From Marsupella aquatica (lineage: Eukaryota > Plantae > Marchantiophyta): a stretch of 64,000 nt of DNA. Below, piece by piece: positions 1 to 10,577 of this stretch (positions are counted from its first letter, which is position 1; the number at the start of each line of letters is the position of its first letter). The stretch spans positions 12,527,934 through 12,591,933 of the forward strand of contig OZ316899.1 in NCBI GenBank assembly GCA_973895155.1, in the 5' to 3' direction. The notes under the pieces were generated by a model. That model saw only the letters and a program-made list of their open reading frames with translations. It made no database searches and was not told where the DNA came from. The position numbers and the translations under genes were made by a program.

Positions 1-1072
1 GGTGAGTTTTGATCAGATTCCCTTTTTATTTTAATCATCCCAGGCTTCCTCGTCATCCTCATTATAAGGGAGTCTTAACTGAACCAGGTCTTGGTAGCTA
101 TTCAACAAATTTTCCAAACAATCAACTGAATCTGTCCATGGTGTTTCTACCAAATGTAATTTGTTCAGAACCTCCTCATACTTCTGTTCTTCCTCGGGTG
201 TAACACGTGCAATTGGAATCTTGTGTTTCTTTAAGAAGAAGTCTAAATCATATTCCTCTTCCATCGGCTGCAACCTTACTCCTTCCATCCACTTCCTTTT
301 TAGCACTAGGACATTAACCAACCTTGCTATCGGAGGTAGATCTGTCGTCCATTTGAATGAAGTTTGGCCATTGATAGGAAGCTCCCTTCTTATCACCTCC
401 CAACTCTCATTGTAAGGATCTCTTAATTGATCTATTAAACGACATCGAGCCAAGGTCATCACCGACTTCTCCTTCCCTAGCAAATGATTTGAATTCTCAT
501 AATAATACTTCAATACATGTTCAAGTTCAATCCCCCAATTTGGATTTTCACTTAAATGTCCCAATGCTGATATCAATTCTCCTTGTGCATCTGCCTCTAA
601 AGTTTCTTCCTCCAATTGGTTAGCAATTATGAATTCCGGAATGATAATTTGGTCAAATTCGTGGTCTGCTGTGGCCGTTACCAATTCTAGGAGCCCATCA
701 ACAGCTCGCTTGAAGACAAAGATCTTATCAAATAGAACATTAGTGGTCCAGGATTTGAGAGGGACTAAATCTTTACCCCAATAATAGCTTTCTCCCAAAT
801 CATCCTCTTGTCTTCTCTTCAGTATTGTGGAGCGACCTTGTGCACAATTACACTTAATAGTGTAGATCTGATTTTCCCTAGACCTGATTTGGGCTCGTTC
901 TCTCTTTCCTGGTCTGTGCCGCCTTACCATTGGTGAAACACCAATCCTTTAGACTCAATTGTCTCTTATTTCATGCTCCATTCTTCCTAGATTCCTTCTG
1001 GAGTCTATAATCCCTCATTCTCATTATTCTTCTAAGTCTGCCTCTTGGCAATGTTTCACCAATGACCGTCCC
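1..1072 (-). mobile_element. 5' internal region of Gypsy element C (continues 18743-19190; split by element A)
   Basis: Flanks on both sides of element A carry the TSD GTCCC (1068-1072 and 18738-18742). The right flank runs into a PBS and LTR at 19170-19191. Confidence 0.75.
31..930 (-). CDS. 299-aa unknown ORF, probably an extra ORF in the leader of element C
   Basis: Open ATG-to-stop frame with a basic N-terminus and acidic C-terminus. It starts about 0.6 kb downstream of the PBS of C once A is removed. No gag or pol motifs recognised. Confidence 0.5.
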   Translation of the reverse strand: MVRRHRPGKRERAQIRSRENQIYTIKCNCAQGRSTILKRRQEDDLGESYYWGKDLVPLKSWTTNVLFDKIFVFKRAVDGLLELVTATADHEFDQIIIPEFIIANQLEEETLEADAQGELISALGHLSENPNWGIELEHVLKYYYENSNHLLGKEKSVMTLARCRLIDQLRDPYNESWEVIRRELPINGQTSFKWTTDLPPIARLVNVLVLKRKWMEGVRLQPMEEEYDLDFFLKKHKIPIARVTPEEEQKYEEVLNKLHLVETPWTDSVDCLENLLNSYQDLVQLRLPYNEDDEEAWDD

Positions 1073-1989
1073 TGTGGTGCGTCCCATGGCTCCCTAAACC
1101 CAAGAAACCCCCCAGCTCAAGCCGATTCCCGCAGGTTTCGCGCTTGGCGAGGCCGTTTCCGCGGCTTAGCGGCATGGGACGCTGCTAACCTTCTACTACT
1201 ACTATTAACATTTTACACACATATACTGGACAGATCCTTCATCGGGTCATGAGATACGTAGCCGGCCTAATCTAGGCCTTCCCTTGTCTTCCCCTCCGTC
1301 TTGTTAGGTATGTTTGGATTCCGCCGCCGGAATGATCCCCAATAGGCTTGGTTAAGCCGCTAAGACCTCTCTCAGCTCGACACATCCAACTCTCACTCCC
1401 CTGCTTACTTTCCTTCCTTCTGTTAGTTGATGTGGGCACTCTTCACACAAGTTAATGTGACACACAAATAGCAAAATGACTCATTCTGACTGAGTCATAC
1501 CATGCACTTGCCATACAAACAGTACATCTCATACACAAGCTCTGCAAACTAAGCCGTGAGGCCAACTCTATTCAGCTCTTAGGCATGAGGAAACATGAAT
1601 ATACACAAGGGTCACTGTATGACTAACCGAGAGCTTCCCTTACTACTTGATCCCAGCCCGGCTGGTGCAAACTAAAAACTTGCTAAAGAAGAGGCCCTGA
1701 GCTCCCCGTTGCCCAGGTACTTATCCTGGTAGTGGATCCGCCTAATTCTTTGCAGCATAAGCCTAATCTACCTAACAGTAATCTACTTGCCCGGATCTAC
1801 CTATGTACAGCAAGGCAGGAGCACAAGTGTTGCTCCTACCAGTGGAACCGCAATCCCACTAAGCTAACTGTGAGGGCCGCTCCTGGTCCTGATCCTAATC
1901 CTAAACTTGGAGATCAGCGCCCGCCCTGCCCACTCACGCCTCCTACCTCCACGTCCGCCCTTCCTAAAAGGAACGGTGCCCTTGCACCG

Positions 1990-3906
1990 TCACGACACCG
2001 GTGGTGGATCCTCAATGGACGCCCCCAACGCTTCCTCCTCAGCCACTGCCGTAGGTTCGTTTTCTGACAGATTACTTGCCTTTGACTGAGTCAACTCTCC
2101 ATCGGCCTGACTGGGTCCACCATCGGCATCGGCTCGGGAATCATTCTCGGCTACGGCCTCAGCCTCGGCTATGGTCTCCCCGGCCTGCTCAAGAGGCGGA
2201 TCTGGGATACCGGCCTCATTACTGAGTAGTTCGGCTTGGGCCGCACCATCCCCACCTTTGATGATAGCGGGATCTATTGTCGTGTTCATGCCGGAGGTTG
2301 GTGCTGGGTCTACCTCCTTGGTCACCACGGCCTGTGGAGTCAGATTACTCCTTGACCCTGAAGGTTTCCGCTTCTTCTTCTTTTCTGGTTCGGCAGCTGG
2401 TCCCTTCCCCTTCCCACTTACTTCCGGCACTGGTGCAGGTGGCGCGGCTTGTTCTTCGGCCAGTACCACTCCTGGTAACTTGGTTGCCCCAATTGGAGTT
2501 GGGCCTGATGAAGACAAGCACTTAAATACTGCGGCTTGTTTCTTCAGCCGCTCTGTTTGGTTGTCGGCCCGCCGCTGGAGGTTCTCCATCTTCCTCGTGA
2601 TTTCCTCCAACTCCTCCTGGGTCTCATCCAGGTCCTTGCGCGCCTCCTTTAGTTCCTTCTGGGCTTCCTCCCGTTCCCTGTGGGCTTCCTCCAGTTCTTT
2701 CTTCAAGGTAGCCCTCTCCTCTCGGGTTGCTCTTAGCTCCTTGTCGAGCTCTGCAATGATGACAGACTCCATCTGGTTCATCTTGGCGTAAGTCTGATCG
2801 AGCATCTCGTCCTTCTCCCTTAGGTCGGCCTTGAAGCTGGCCGTCAGGGACGCAAGCTCCTGCTGCAGCGCCATAATCCCTTGATAGGATTTCCCTAACT
2901 CGGCCTCCTTCTGCTCAAGGGCTCCGCGAATTTTCTCGAGCTCCCCCTTCAACGCCCATTCCTTTCTTTGGGTCTCCGCCATGGCCCGGCTGTTGGCTGT
3001 TATGTGGGCCTCCTCTGCATTCCTCAGCTCTCGCTTCCACTTCTCCCTCTCTTTGATCGTATCGGCCAACTCTCCTTGGGTCCGCGTCAGTAGATTCTCG
3101 ATCATTCGATTATCAGATTGTGCGGTATCCAACTGGCCCTGCATGATATTTAGCTCATGCCGCTTAATCCGCAGCTCATCTTGGGCTTTCTTGGCCACCC
3201 TCAGGTCCTTGATTTCGGCTTCCCTTTCCCTAAGCCGACGGATGACCTCGTCCTTCTTGCTTCTTTCCAAGGCCACCGCTTCTTCTAATTGGCGCTTCTC
3301 CAACATCTCCCTCTGGAAAAAGGGTCCCTGCTCCAACTCCTCCCCAAAGATGCTGAGCGCCAGTTCTCCACACATCTCCCCGTACTCCATGGCTCTGTCT
3401 TTAGCATAGGTGGAGGAAGTAGAAGTCATCGGCATCATCCACCGCGGCCTCTGCTCCCAAGCCGTCTTGCGGATCTCTTCAATCGTGGCTAGAGGTTTGC
3501 TTCCTTTTTCGGCTAGCCGCTTGATGTCCTCCGGCCAATCTCCTCCTGGCAAATCCTTTTCTCTAGCCAGGGCTGCCTCCTCTTCCTGCCTGATTTGCTC
3601 CTGAAATTCCTGCGCCGTCTGTTTTATGCCGTCAAAGCTCGGGGGAGCAACATCTGGTGGGGGAGACTCAGGGCTACTCTGCTGGTTGGGGTCCCCTCGT
3701 ACTACTCTTGGAAGTGTGGGGATAAACCGGCCATAGGTCCTTACTCCTGGAACGTGATGGTCCGACCCATAGCCGGAGTTATCATGGCTGCAGTCCTCCA
3801 CTGCCTCCTCTACTTCTTGGACTTCCGGCTTCTCCCTCTCCTCTTCGTCCGTAGGAGCTTCAGGCAATTCTGCCTCAGATTCAGAGCTTGAGACTCCTAC
3901 GTACAT
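1990..3906 (-). CDS. LTR-encoded protein, C-terminal part (638 aa): long coiled coil, KKKKRK motif, acidic tail
   Basis: Entirely inside the LTR. In frame with 3925-5634, separated by a single TAA followed by SKPGVR. The copy at 59483-60073 reads through this junction without a stop. Confidence 0.8.
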   Translation of the reverse strand: MYVGVSSSESEAELPEAPTDEEEREKPEVQEVEEAVEDCSHDNSGYGSDHHVPGVRTYGRFIPTLPRVVRGDPNQQSSPESPPPDVAPPSFDGIKQTAQEFQEQIRQEEEAALAREKDLPGGDWPEDIKRLAEKGSKPLATIEEIRKTAWEQRPRWMMPMTSTSSTYAKDRAMEYGEMCGELALSIFGEELEQGPFFQREMLEKRQLEEAVALERSKKDEVIRRLREREAEIKDLRVAKKAQDELRIKRHELNIMQGQLDTAQSDNRMIENLLTRTQGELADTIKEREKWKRELRNAEEAHITANSRAMAETQRKEWALKGELEKIRGALEQKEAELGKSYQGIMALQQELASLTASFKADLREKDEMLDQTYAKMNQMESVIIAELDKELRATREERATLKKELEEAHREREEAQKELKEARKDLDETQEELEEITRKMENLQRRADNQTERLKKQAAVFKCLSSSGPTPIGATKLPGVVLAEEQAAPPAPVPEVSGKGKGPAAEPEKKKKRKPSGSRSNLTPQAVVTKEVDPAPTSGMNTTIDPAIIKGGDGAAQAELLSNEAGIPDPPLEQAGETIAEAEAVAENDSRADADGGPSQADGELTQSKASNLSENEPTAVAEEEALGASIEDPPPVS

Positions 3907-3924
3907 TCGAACACCCGGCTTGGA

Positions 3925-5634
3925 TTATGGCCTCTCCTTGTCTCCAGTAAAGGGGTTTTCCCTTGTAAGCCGGTGTAGGCCTACCTCTGGAGCAGTGTCC
4001 TGCATTGTTGCCATTGTCGTTGCCGATGTCGATCTCTTTTCTTTCTCCAGTAGTTTCAGCAGATTTTGCATGCCTGGTTGCTGCATCGGCAAGTCCTCCG
4101 TCCTTGGCCTAAACACCTGCTCGATCGTAGGGCTAACAGGTGGTTGAGGCTTCTCTGCTACCGGCCTCGGTGCTGGAGCTTCCTCGGGTGCCCTTACCTG
4201 TAGGGGAAGTACTGGGGCAAAGGTCTGACCTCTGGCATACCGGCACAACAGCGGCATGTGATAGCCAAGCTGCGACACGCTCCCCATGCCGATTACCTGC
4301 TGCTCCTCCTTTAAGATCTTCTTCAATTGGTTGAGGAGGTACCCGTTGTAGTCCCGGCTTGGGTCTGGCCTCTCTGCCAGATAGACCTGTGCCTTGCCGA
4401 TCTCTGCCCTTGGCAAGTTACAGTGCATGGTCACCCTCAAGAAGTCGATCATCTCTCCTATGTGCGGGTTGGTGCAGGTGTTCCGGAAGAAGCCATTCTT
4501 CGTTGATGGCCCGGGGAACGACCGGAACTCCTTGTCAGGCAAGGTCTTCCTGGTATCAACTTTGATCTTATTGCCTATCGGCAAGCCAAACACTTCGGCA
4601 ATCACCTTGGGAGTAAGATAGAAATCCTTCCCATATATCCTCGTGCAATTGGTCTCGGGTTCCCATGACCCCACGAATTCTAATAGGTCTGAATCCGGCA
4701 CCTCCAGCTTCAGCCATGGTAATCTTACAAAGGCCTCTAAGCCGGATCCGGCCATGAAGCCTTGGTACTTCTTGGTTTGCATGGTCGTAAAGCATGCATC
4801 CTCCTCCCGTGCAAAATGTAGTTGCACCTCCACCGGTAGGGTTGCCGCCCAGCCTTTCCAGGTGTCATCCCTGGTTGGAATGGCCTTGATGGGATCGACC
4901 TCCTCCTCTTCGGCTTCTCCCTGCCTCCTGCTCTGCTGCTCGGTTGGCTTCTTTGGTGCCGCCGACCTCGTTCTTTTTGCCGGGGTGGCTTCATCGTTGA
5001 CGGCTCCCTTCCTCTTCATCTCTGCTGCCGTGGAGGTTTCTCCTAGCACCGTTGCCTGGGTCCACCTTTCCGTGCTACCCTTTAATTCCCAGTGTATGTC
5101 GTTGCAGTTCTTGATGGCGTCTCGAATGCCGATGATGTTGTCTTTGCAAAATAGAAGATCGTCGAGCTGATTGGAAGTAGGAGTCCACAAGAACTCGTCC
5201 TTGATGAGTTCGCCTCCTAAGAAAGCCGTCTTCTGCAGCTCCCACAATTGAGCGAGCTCCTGCCGTTCTCGAGCTGCCCTTTCTGATTCCTCGTCCTCGT
5301 AAGTCTTGATGTACTCAGTTTCCCGTTCGAACAGGCATCCCCAGAAATGTGCCGCTTGATTGACGTTGCTCATACCCTCCTTAGGTCGATCGTCGGTATC
5401 TACTCTCTCCCCGAGTGCTTGCCTAAGCAGCTGACAGTAGTTGGCCTCCCGTAGTCGTCTGCCTAGTTCGTGCTCGCAAATGAGCCACCATTTCTTGCAA
5501 GCACTCCTTACCCCTCTCCTCTTCCGGTCCTTCCTCCCCTTGATCCTTCCTAGCCGCCGACGCTTAACGTGCCCTAACCCTAATTGAGTTTTCACCCCCA
5601 ACTTCCTTACCTCCAGCCTCGGCCCGGGTTCCAT
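3925..5634 (-). CDS. LTR-encoded protein, N-terminal part (569 aa; likely true start MSNVNQ at 5373), with a plant-retroelement extra-ORF-like core domain
   Basis: Entirely inside the LTR. Motif GLEAFVRLPW...LLEFVGSW...RIYGKDFYLTPKVIAEVFGLP is conserved across the A-family copies and similar to the ORFs in LTRs B and C. Confidence 0.8.
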   Translation of the reverse strand: MEPGPRLEVRKLGVKTQLGLGHVKRRRLGRIKGRKDRKRRGVRSACKKWWLICEHELGRRLREANYCQLLRQALGERVDTDDRPKEGMSNVNQAAHFWGCLFERETEYIKTYEDEESERAARERQELAQLWELQKTAFLGGELIKDEFLWTPTSNQLDDLLFCKDNIIGIRDAIKNCNDIHWELKGSTERWTQATVLGETSTAAEMKRKGAVNDEATPAKRTRSAAPKKPTEQQSRRQGEAEEEEVDPIKAIPTRDDTWKGWAATLPVEVQLHFAREEDACFTTMQTKKYQGFMAGSGLEAFVRLPWLKLEVPDSDLLEFVGSWEPETNCTRIYGKDFYLTPKVIAEVFGLPIGNKIKVDTRKTLPDKEFRSFPGPSTKNGFFRNTCTNPHIGEMIDFLRVTMHCNLPRAEIGKAQVYLAERPDPSRDYNGYLLNQLKKILKEEQQVIGMGSVSQLGYHMPLLCRYARGQTFAPVLPLQVRAPEEAPAPRPVAEKPQPPVSPTIEQVFRPRTEDLPMQQPGMQNLLKLLEKEKRSTSATTMATMQDTAPEVGLHRLTRENPFTGDKERP

Positions 5635-5737
5635 GGTCGCCCCTAATTGTTTATATTTTCCTTGTTTTGTCCCTATACTAAGGTGTTTCTAGGGTGCATT
5701 CCTGCTTTACCCACTTAACTGGCCGAGTGATTCCTGT

Positions 5738-6856
5738 CTAGGCATCACATAGCTCCCCACTTAATTGTGAAGCGTCCTCGCGAACAACTTCATCTTCGTC
5801 CATATAGTATTTCTTGAGGCGGTCATAATGGATGCGAACTGGATATACTTCTCCCGTAATGTTGGCCAATTGTACGGATCCATTGGAGAACTTCATGGTT
5901 ACTCTAAAGGGTCCTAACCAGCGAGTGTAAAGCTTTCCTGGAAACTTACTATACCTACTGTCATAAAGTAACACAAGATCACCGGTGTGAATACTAACTA
6001 CTTTCAACTTTTTATCATACTGCTGCTTCATGATATTCTGTCTATATTCTACTCTCTCGGCTGAAATCATTCTAGCCTCCTCTAAAGCTTCTAACCTATG
6101 TTCTCGCTCCTTTAGGCTCTCCTCCGCTGAGGCTCTTTCCTCAATTGTAACTTGAAATGTCGGTATCTCAAGTTGCATGGGTACCAGGGCTTCTTGTCCA
6201 AAGGTTAAGAAGAAGGGTGTATGACCGGTAGTGGATTTATAGGCTAGATTGTAAGCAAAAACAACAGCAAACAATTTATCATCCCAATCAAGTTTGTTCT
6301 GAGCTACTGTCTTGTTCAATATCTTTCCTATAATTCCGTTTGCTCGTTCTGTCAACCCATTTGCCTTTGGATGGTAGGGAGTAGTAGGCCTATGTCTAAC
6401 TAAATACTGCTCATTTAAACGACTAATTATATCATTCAGAAAATGGGTTCCTCTATCACTAACTAATTCTAGGGGTGCTCCATACCTGGTGAAGATCTGC
6501 TCATACATGAATCTAGCCGTAGTAATTGCATCATCCTTCGTGGTCGGTCTGGCCTCTACCCATTTAGTTGCATAATCCGTAGCCAGGATTATGTACTTGT
6601 TCCGTCGAGGGTGGGTCAGTGGTTTCAGAGGTCCGATGTAATCAATACCCCACTTCTCGAATGGTGCCAGAGGTAGAATAGGGTGCAGTGGATGTCTGGT
6701 GGACGCCATTGGTCCTCCCGCTCGTTGACAAGGATCGCATTGTTTGATAAACTGATAGACATCCTTGTGCAAGGTGGGCCACCAGTAACCGGCATTTAAT
6801 ATCTTTTTAGACGTGGTTACTGGGGCAAAATGTCCTCCGGCCTCCTCTCCATGCAT
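5738..6856 (-). CDS. Gypsy integrase of A (pol fragment)
   Basis: HHCC zinc domain (H-GHF...CDPC), rve core (WGIDYIGP, SDRGTHF, ANGLTERAN) and C-terminal WLGPF motif. No chromodomain. Confidence 0.95.
   Translation of the reverse strand: MHGEEAGGHFAPVTTSKKILNAGYWWPTLHKDVYQFIKQCDPCQRAGGPMASTRHPLHPILPLAPFEKWGIDYIGPLKPLTHPRRNKYIILATDYATKWVEARPTTKDDAITTARFMYEQIFTRYGAPLELVSDRGTHFLNDIISRLNEQYLVRHRPTTPYHPKANGLTERANGIIGKILNKTVAQNKLDWDDKLFAVVFAYNLAYKSTTGHTPFFLTFGQEALVPMQLEIPTFQVTIEERASAEESLKEREHRLEALEEARMISAERVEYRQNIMKQQYDKKLKVVSIHTGDLVLLYDSRYSKFPGKLYTRWLGPFRVTMKFSNGSVQLANITGEVYPVRIHYDRLKKYYMDEDEVVREDASQLSGELCDA
5750..5764 (-). other. Polypurine tract of element A
   Basis: Minus strand reads TAAGTGGGGAGCTA immediately before the TG of the 3' LTR. 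Confidence 0.7.
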
Positions 6857-6868
6857 GGCCCGTAGGAC

Positions 6869-8104
6869 TCATTTTACCTCTCCCTTTTCCAAACACCTTT
6901 GAATCGTGCCGTTGATTCCATGCTTGTGCAGTATGCCTTTAATGCACTGATACTGTCTGACCTTCCGCACAAAGACTGCGGCTTGTTCTCGGCTTAATCC
7001 TGGCTGTAATCTGGAAGTGCTGAGAAAATGTAAAATCTCAGGGTACCATGTATCAGCTATTTCCACAACGAATAGCTCCTCGTCGGGGAATCGATCATCG
7101 ATGCAATCCGTGGCAGGTTCACCTGTGATTCTTGAAAAAAAATCGGCATTGGCATGTAATTTTCCCGGCTTGATCCTCAGCTCATAGTCAAACTCCTGTA
7201 ATAGCAAAATCCATCTTGCTACTCTGCCTGTAAGGTCCGGCTTATTGACTAGGTACTTCAAACTTTCATGATCGGTATGAAAGATTACCTTGTACCCTAG
7301 TAAATAATGCCTAAACTTTTTACACAAATAAATGACTCCTAATGCTTCCCTCTCTGTGGTGGAGTAGTTCCGTTCGGCATCGGCAAGCTGACGGCTTGCG
7401 AAGTATATAGGATGGTCCCTTCCTTTCTCATTTAACTGACTTAGTACTGAGCCGATACAGAAGCCCGAGACATCTACAAAAACATGAAAATCTTTGTTCC
7501 AGTCCGGTGCTATCATGACTGGGGCCTCTACTAACATCTGCTTCAATTCTACCACTGCTGTGACTCGTTTGGGTGTGGGTTCGAAGTCTGCTCCTGCCTT
7601 GAGCATGTTGGTTAATGGTAAAGCTAGCTTGGCAAAATCCTTGATGAACCGGTGATAGTAACCAATGCATCCCAAGAAGGATCTTACATCCTTTATGTTC
7701 TTAGGTTGCATGATATCTAGCCATACTGCTAGCTTACCTTTGTCAATCTCAATGCCCTTCCTTGATACCTTGTGACCTAGTAGCACCCCCTCGGTTACTG
7801 CAAAGAAACATTTATCTGGGTGTAACTTGAGACCCACCTCTCTGCATCTCATGAAGGTTTTTCTGAGATATTTAGCATGTTTCGATGCCTTCCCGAATAC
7901 TGCAAAGTCATCAATGAAGATTTCCATGAACTTTCTCAAGTAATCATGAAAAATGTTCACCATCAATCGTTGGAACATAGCTGGTGCGTTGCAGAGTCCA
8001 AACGGCATACGATTGAAGACATAGATCCCCCATTCCGTGATGAAGGCCGTCTTGATTTGGTCTTCCTGCCGAATCCTGATTTGGTTATAACCAGAGTACC
8101 CATC
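6869..8104 (-). pseudogene. RT C-terminal half and RNase H of A
   Basis: MPFGLCNAP, FIDD, VDVS, NYSTTEREALG and HTDH motifs. Frameshift near 8010-8060. Interrupted at DGYSGY by solo LTR B. Confidence 0.93.
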
Positions 8105-8463
8105 TGTGACGCCGCCGGTACGGCGGTTAATGAGTGATTCGGTTTAACTGCGCTCGGCACGCGCGTTAGGAGTGTCTTAGGCCGCTATTATTAGCATAAC
8201 GACAGTATTTAGGTAATCATTATGGGTAGGATATCATTAGGCAATAAGGGGGAATTCAGGTTCGGACTGGCGGCTGGTCGCTATTCGCACACCCGGGTTA
8301 CGAGCGTGGAGGGGCCCCTCCCTCGGGTCCGTATAACAAACTTAAGGAAGCGGCCACTGACACGCGCTGACTCAGACCGGCGGAGTGGCCGACACACCAC
8401 AAGCGTGAGCGGTTCAGCCTATGGGCGTCGAGGAGACGTCGGGGGATCGACAAGCCCTCAAGG

Positions 8464-8470
8464 TATAAAA
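8464..8470 (+). promoter_or_regulatory. Putative TATA box of LTR B
   Basis: TATAAAA about 100 bp upstream of the ATG at 8569. Confidence 0.5.
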
Positions 8471-8568
8471 GGGGAGCCAACCCTTTGTAGTGCACCAGTC
8501 CATTAGTCCACGCGCCAGCTTCGACCCTAGCTCTCTCGTTCGCTCTAAGTCGCCACTATCTCCTCTGA

Positions 8569-10524
8569 ATGTCGCACACGATCCTCTCCAACTCGGCCAT
8601 TCGATTCTGGACGCAGTTCCTATCTACCGGAAGGCACTTGGCCGACTCATTGAAACACGCCAACCCGCGCCGATACAAAATCGAACGCGAGTACGAGAGA
8701 GCCATCCTCCTAGCAGGACGACACCACTACATCCTTAACTTTGACTACCCGTCTCAGAGCGAGCTTTATCGACCAGCAGAGGTATCCGCGTACTTCTTCA
8801 GCGGAGACAAATATATCGGGTTCTGGGAAGCATTGCTTCGGCTTCCGGACGAGGTCTTCAATATCCCGGGTATGATCGACTTGCAACGACATCACTTTGA
8901 CCACATCCCTGCTCAGGTTCGGGCTATCATCAACAGCGAGTCCAGCACAACCCGTTCGACAAGGTCGTCTGCACTCGCTTCGGAGAACTTCTACCAGCAC
9001 CTACAGAGCTTCATAGGAACTCGGCCAGCAACCAACATGACCAACTCAGTCGTACCCGTACCCGTACCCATACAACCTCAGGCTCAACTTCAGCTTCAGC
9101 CGCAGCCTAGCCAAACCCCACCACCGATCGCCCAGCCAGCACAAGTACGCTCCGTCATCAACGCTGTGGATCTTAGCGATGACGACGAGGCTACCCTACC
9201 CTTGACCAGGCGGCCCAGAGGAACAAGCGCTCAGGGGGCCGACACTATATCGTCCCCACCCCCTGCTCTGACCCCAGGAGCGGCCCCGGCAGACAACATG
9301 GTGACCGTGGCCGACCCGGGCCCGTTACTAACGGCAGCGGCACTACCCAGGCCCGATCGGGAGGATGGGGAGGTGTCACCTTCCCCGAGCCAGTCACGGG
9401 GGAAGAAGAGGAAGGAATCCGCCACTGCATCCGGGTTACCGTTGGCCACGGTAGCCGTGGCCAAGGTGACGATGCACCGCATGGGGGAAAACATTCACAA
9501 AAACATCCTCCATCCCAAGCATGCGGTGTACCTGAAGACTCAGGGATTCGAGCACCTCGCCTCCCTCCCCTGGAACACTTGCAGGTACTACGGGGAGGAC
9601 ATGACGGAGTTCGTCAGGAATTATGACGACGCGCGTCAACATACTCGGCTGCAGGGAAGGAGTATGTCCCTCACAAAAGAACGGCTCAGGATGATCTTCG
9701 AGTTACCCGAAGGTGACCATCGAGTCGAATCACGGGCTCCCGGGGGCAAGGGAGCCAAGTACCAATCTTCAAGTTTTCCCTCAGAGGGAGCAGTGGACAA
9801 CGGGTTCGTGATGAAGACCTGCCTCATCCCTGAGATAGCTGAGCGACTGGAGTTCCAGAGGTATGCCCTCCACATGATGGAACCCCGGGGGGAGATCTCC
9901 GCCGCCCAGGTTATCCAGGTCGAGAACTATCAACCTAGGAGGTGGGCGTCGTACTTTGCTAAGAAATTCCATGAAGAGATGGAGCGGCGAAGGAAGACGC
10001 TGTACATTGGCGGGAAGGCGTATTTTGCTAGCCACATCGAGATCATTCTTGAGTGGTACGCCCGGTTTGATCGACGAACCCTTCCCCGTGTCAACGTTAC
10101 AAAGCTGGTCCCAGCTAGGTGGGTTTTCCCGGCCTTGGAGAGACGGCCCCAACCCGAGCCCCGAAGTCCAGCGGACACGCCAGCTTCACCCACCGCACCT
10201 CCACAAGTAGCTGTAGTCGTAACCAAAGAGGTACCGGATGGGTCGGTTGTCGCAACCGTTGATGCGACCCAACAAGCCGGGCTAAGTACAGAAGTCGGTA
10301 CGACGGAGGTCTTACCCGAGCCAGGGTCTCCCAAAGACCCACCGGTGGCTATTCCGGAGAACCGGACATTGCTGCAGGAGGACACTCCAGCCCTTCCAAC
10401 GTTACGTCCTCAGGGCTGGACGTCACTGCCCCGGCCCCCGCGCGTGTTGATGTCTGCCCGTGCCCAACTCCGGACAGGCACAACCTGGACCACCCGGAAC
10501 TCTTCGTACCGGGTACATTTCTGA
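8569..10524 (+). CDS. LTR-B-encoded protein (651 aa), homologue of the A LTR protein
   Basis: GFEHLASLPW...MTEFVRNY...TRLQGRSMSLTKERLRMIFELP...NGF...C..PEIAERLEF...PRGEISAAQV aligns by eye with the A-LTR protein. Contains GKKRK. Confidence 0.8.
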   Translation: MSHTILSNSAIRFWTQFLSTGRHLADSLKHANPRRYKIEREYERAILLAGRHHYILNFDYPSQSELYRPAEVSAYFFSGDKYIGFWEALLRLPDEVFNIPGMIDLQRHHFDHIPAQVRAIINSESSTTRSTRSSALASENFYQHLQSFIGTRPATNMTNSVVPVPVPIQPQAQLQLQPQPSQTPPPIAQPAQVRSVINAVDLSDDDEATLPLTRRPRGTSAQGADTISSPPPALTPGAAPADNMVTVADPGPLLTAAALPRPDREDGEVSPSPSQSRGKKRKESATASGLPLATVAVAKVTMHRMGENIHKNILHPKHAVYLKTQGFEHLASLPWNTCRYYGEDMTEFVRNYDDARQHTRLQGRSMSLTKERLRMIFELPEGDHRVESRAPGGKGAKYQSSSFPSEGAVDNGFVMKTCLIPEIAERLEFQRYALHMMEPRGEISAAQVIQVENYQPRRWASYFAKKFHEEMERRRKTLYIGGKAYFASHIEIILEWYARFDRRTLPRVNVTKLVPARWVFPALERRPQPEPRSPADTPASPTAPPQVAVVVTKEVPDGSVVATVDATQQAGLSTEVGTTEVLPEPGSPKDPPVAIPENRTLLQEDTPALPTLRPQGWTSLPRPPRVLMSARAQLRTGTTWTTRNSSYRVHF

Positions 10525-10577
10525 ATGGGCTTCTGGGAGATTTCTCTCATCAAATTGCCCGGGATACCGGGGAGTTC

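Larger units (their letters stand above)
1073..5749 (-). repeat. 3' LTR of element A (4677 bp)
   Basis: Begins TGTGGTGCGTCC and ends GGCATCACA on the + strand. Near-identical to 15968-18737 apart from a deletion in the latter. Adjacent to the PPT. Confidence 0.95.

Noticed and set aside
1990-3906. Coiled-coil ORF as a host SMC/myosin-like gene or a retroviral env
   Set aside because: It lies inside an LTR and recurs in other copies. It has no ATPase motifs, signal peptide or transmembrane segment.
3907-3927. Programmed stop-codon read-through between the two LTR ORFs
   Set aside because: Another copy has a sense codon here, so a simple nonsense mutation is more likely.
2171-5170. Many antisense ORFs over the LTR gene, repeated in the other copies
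   Set aside because: Shadow frames of a GC-rich coding strand. They recur only because the LTR is repeated.
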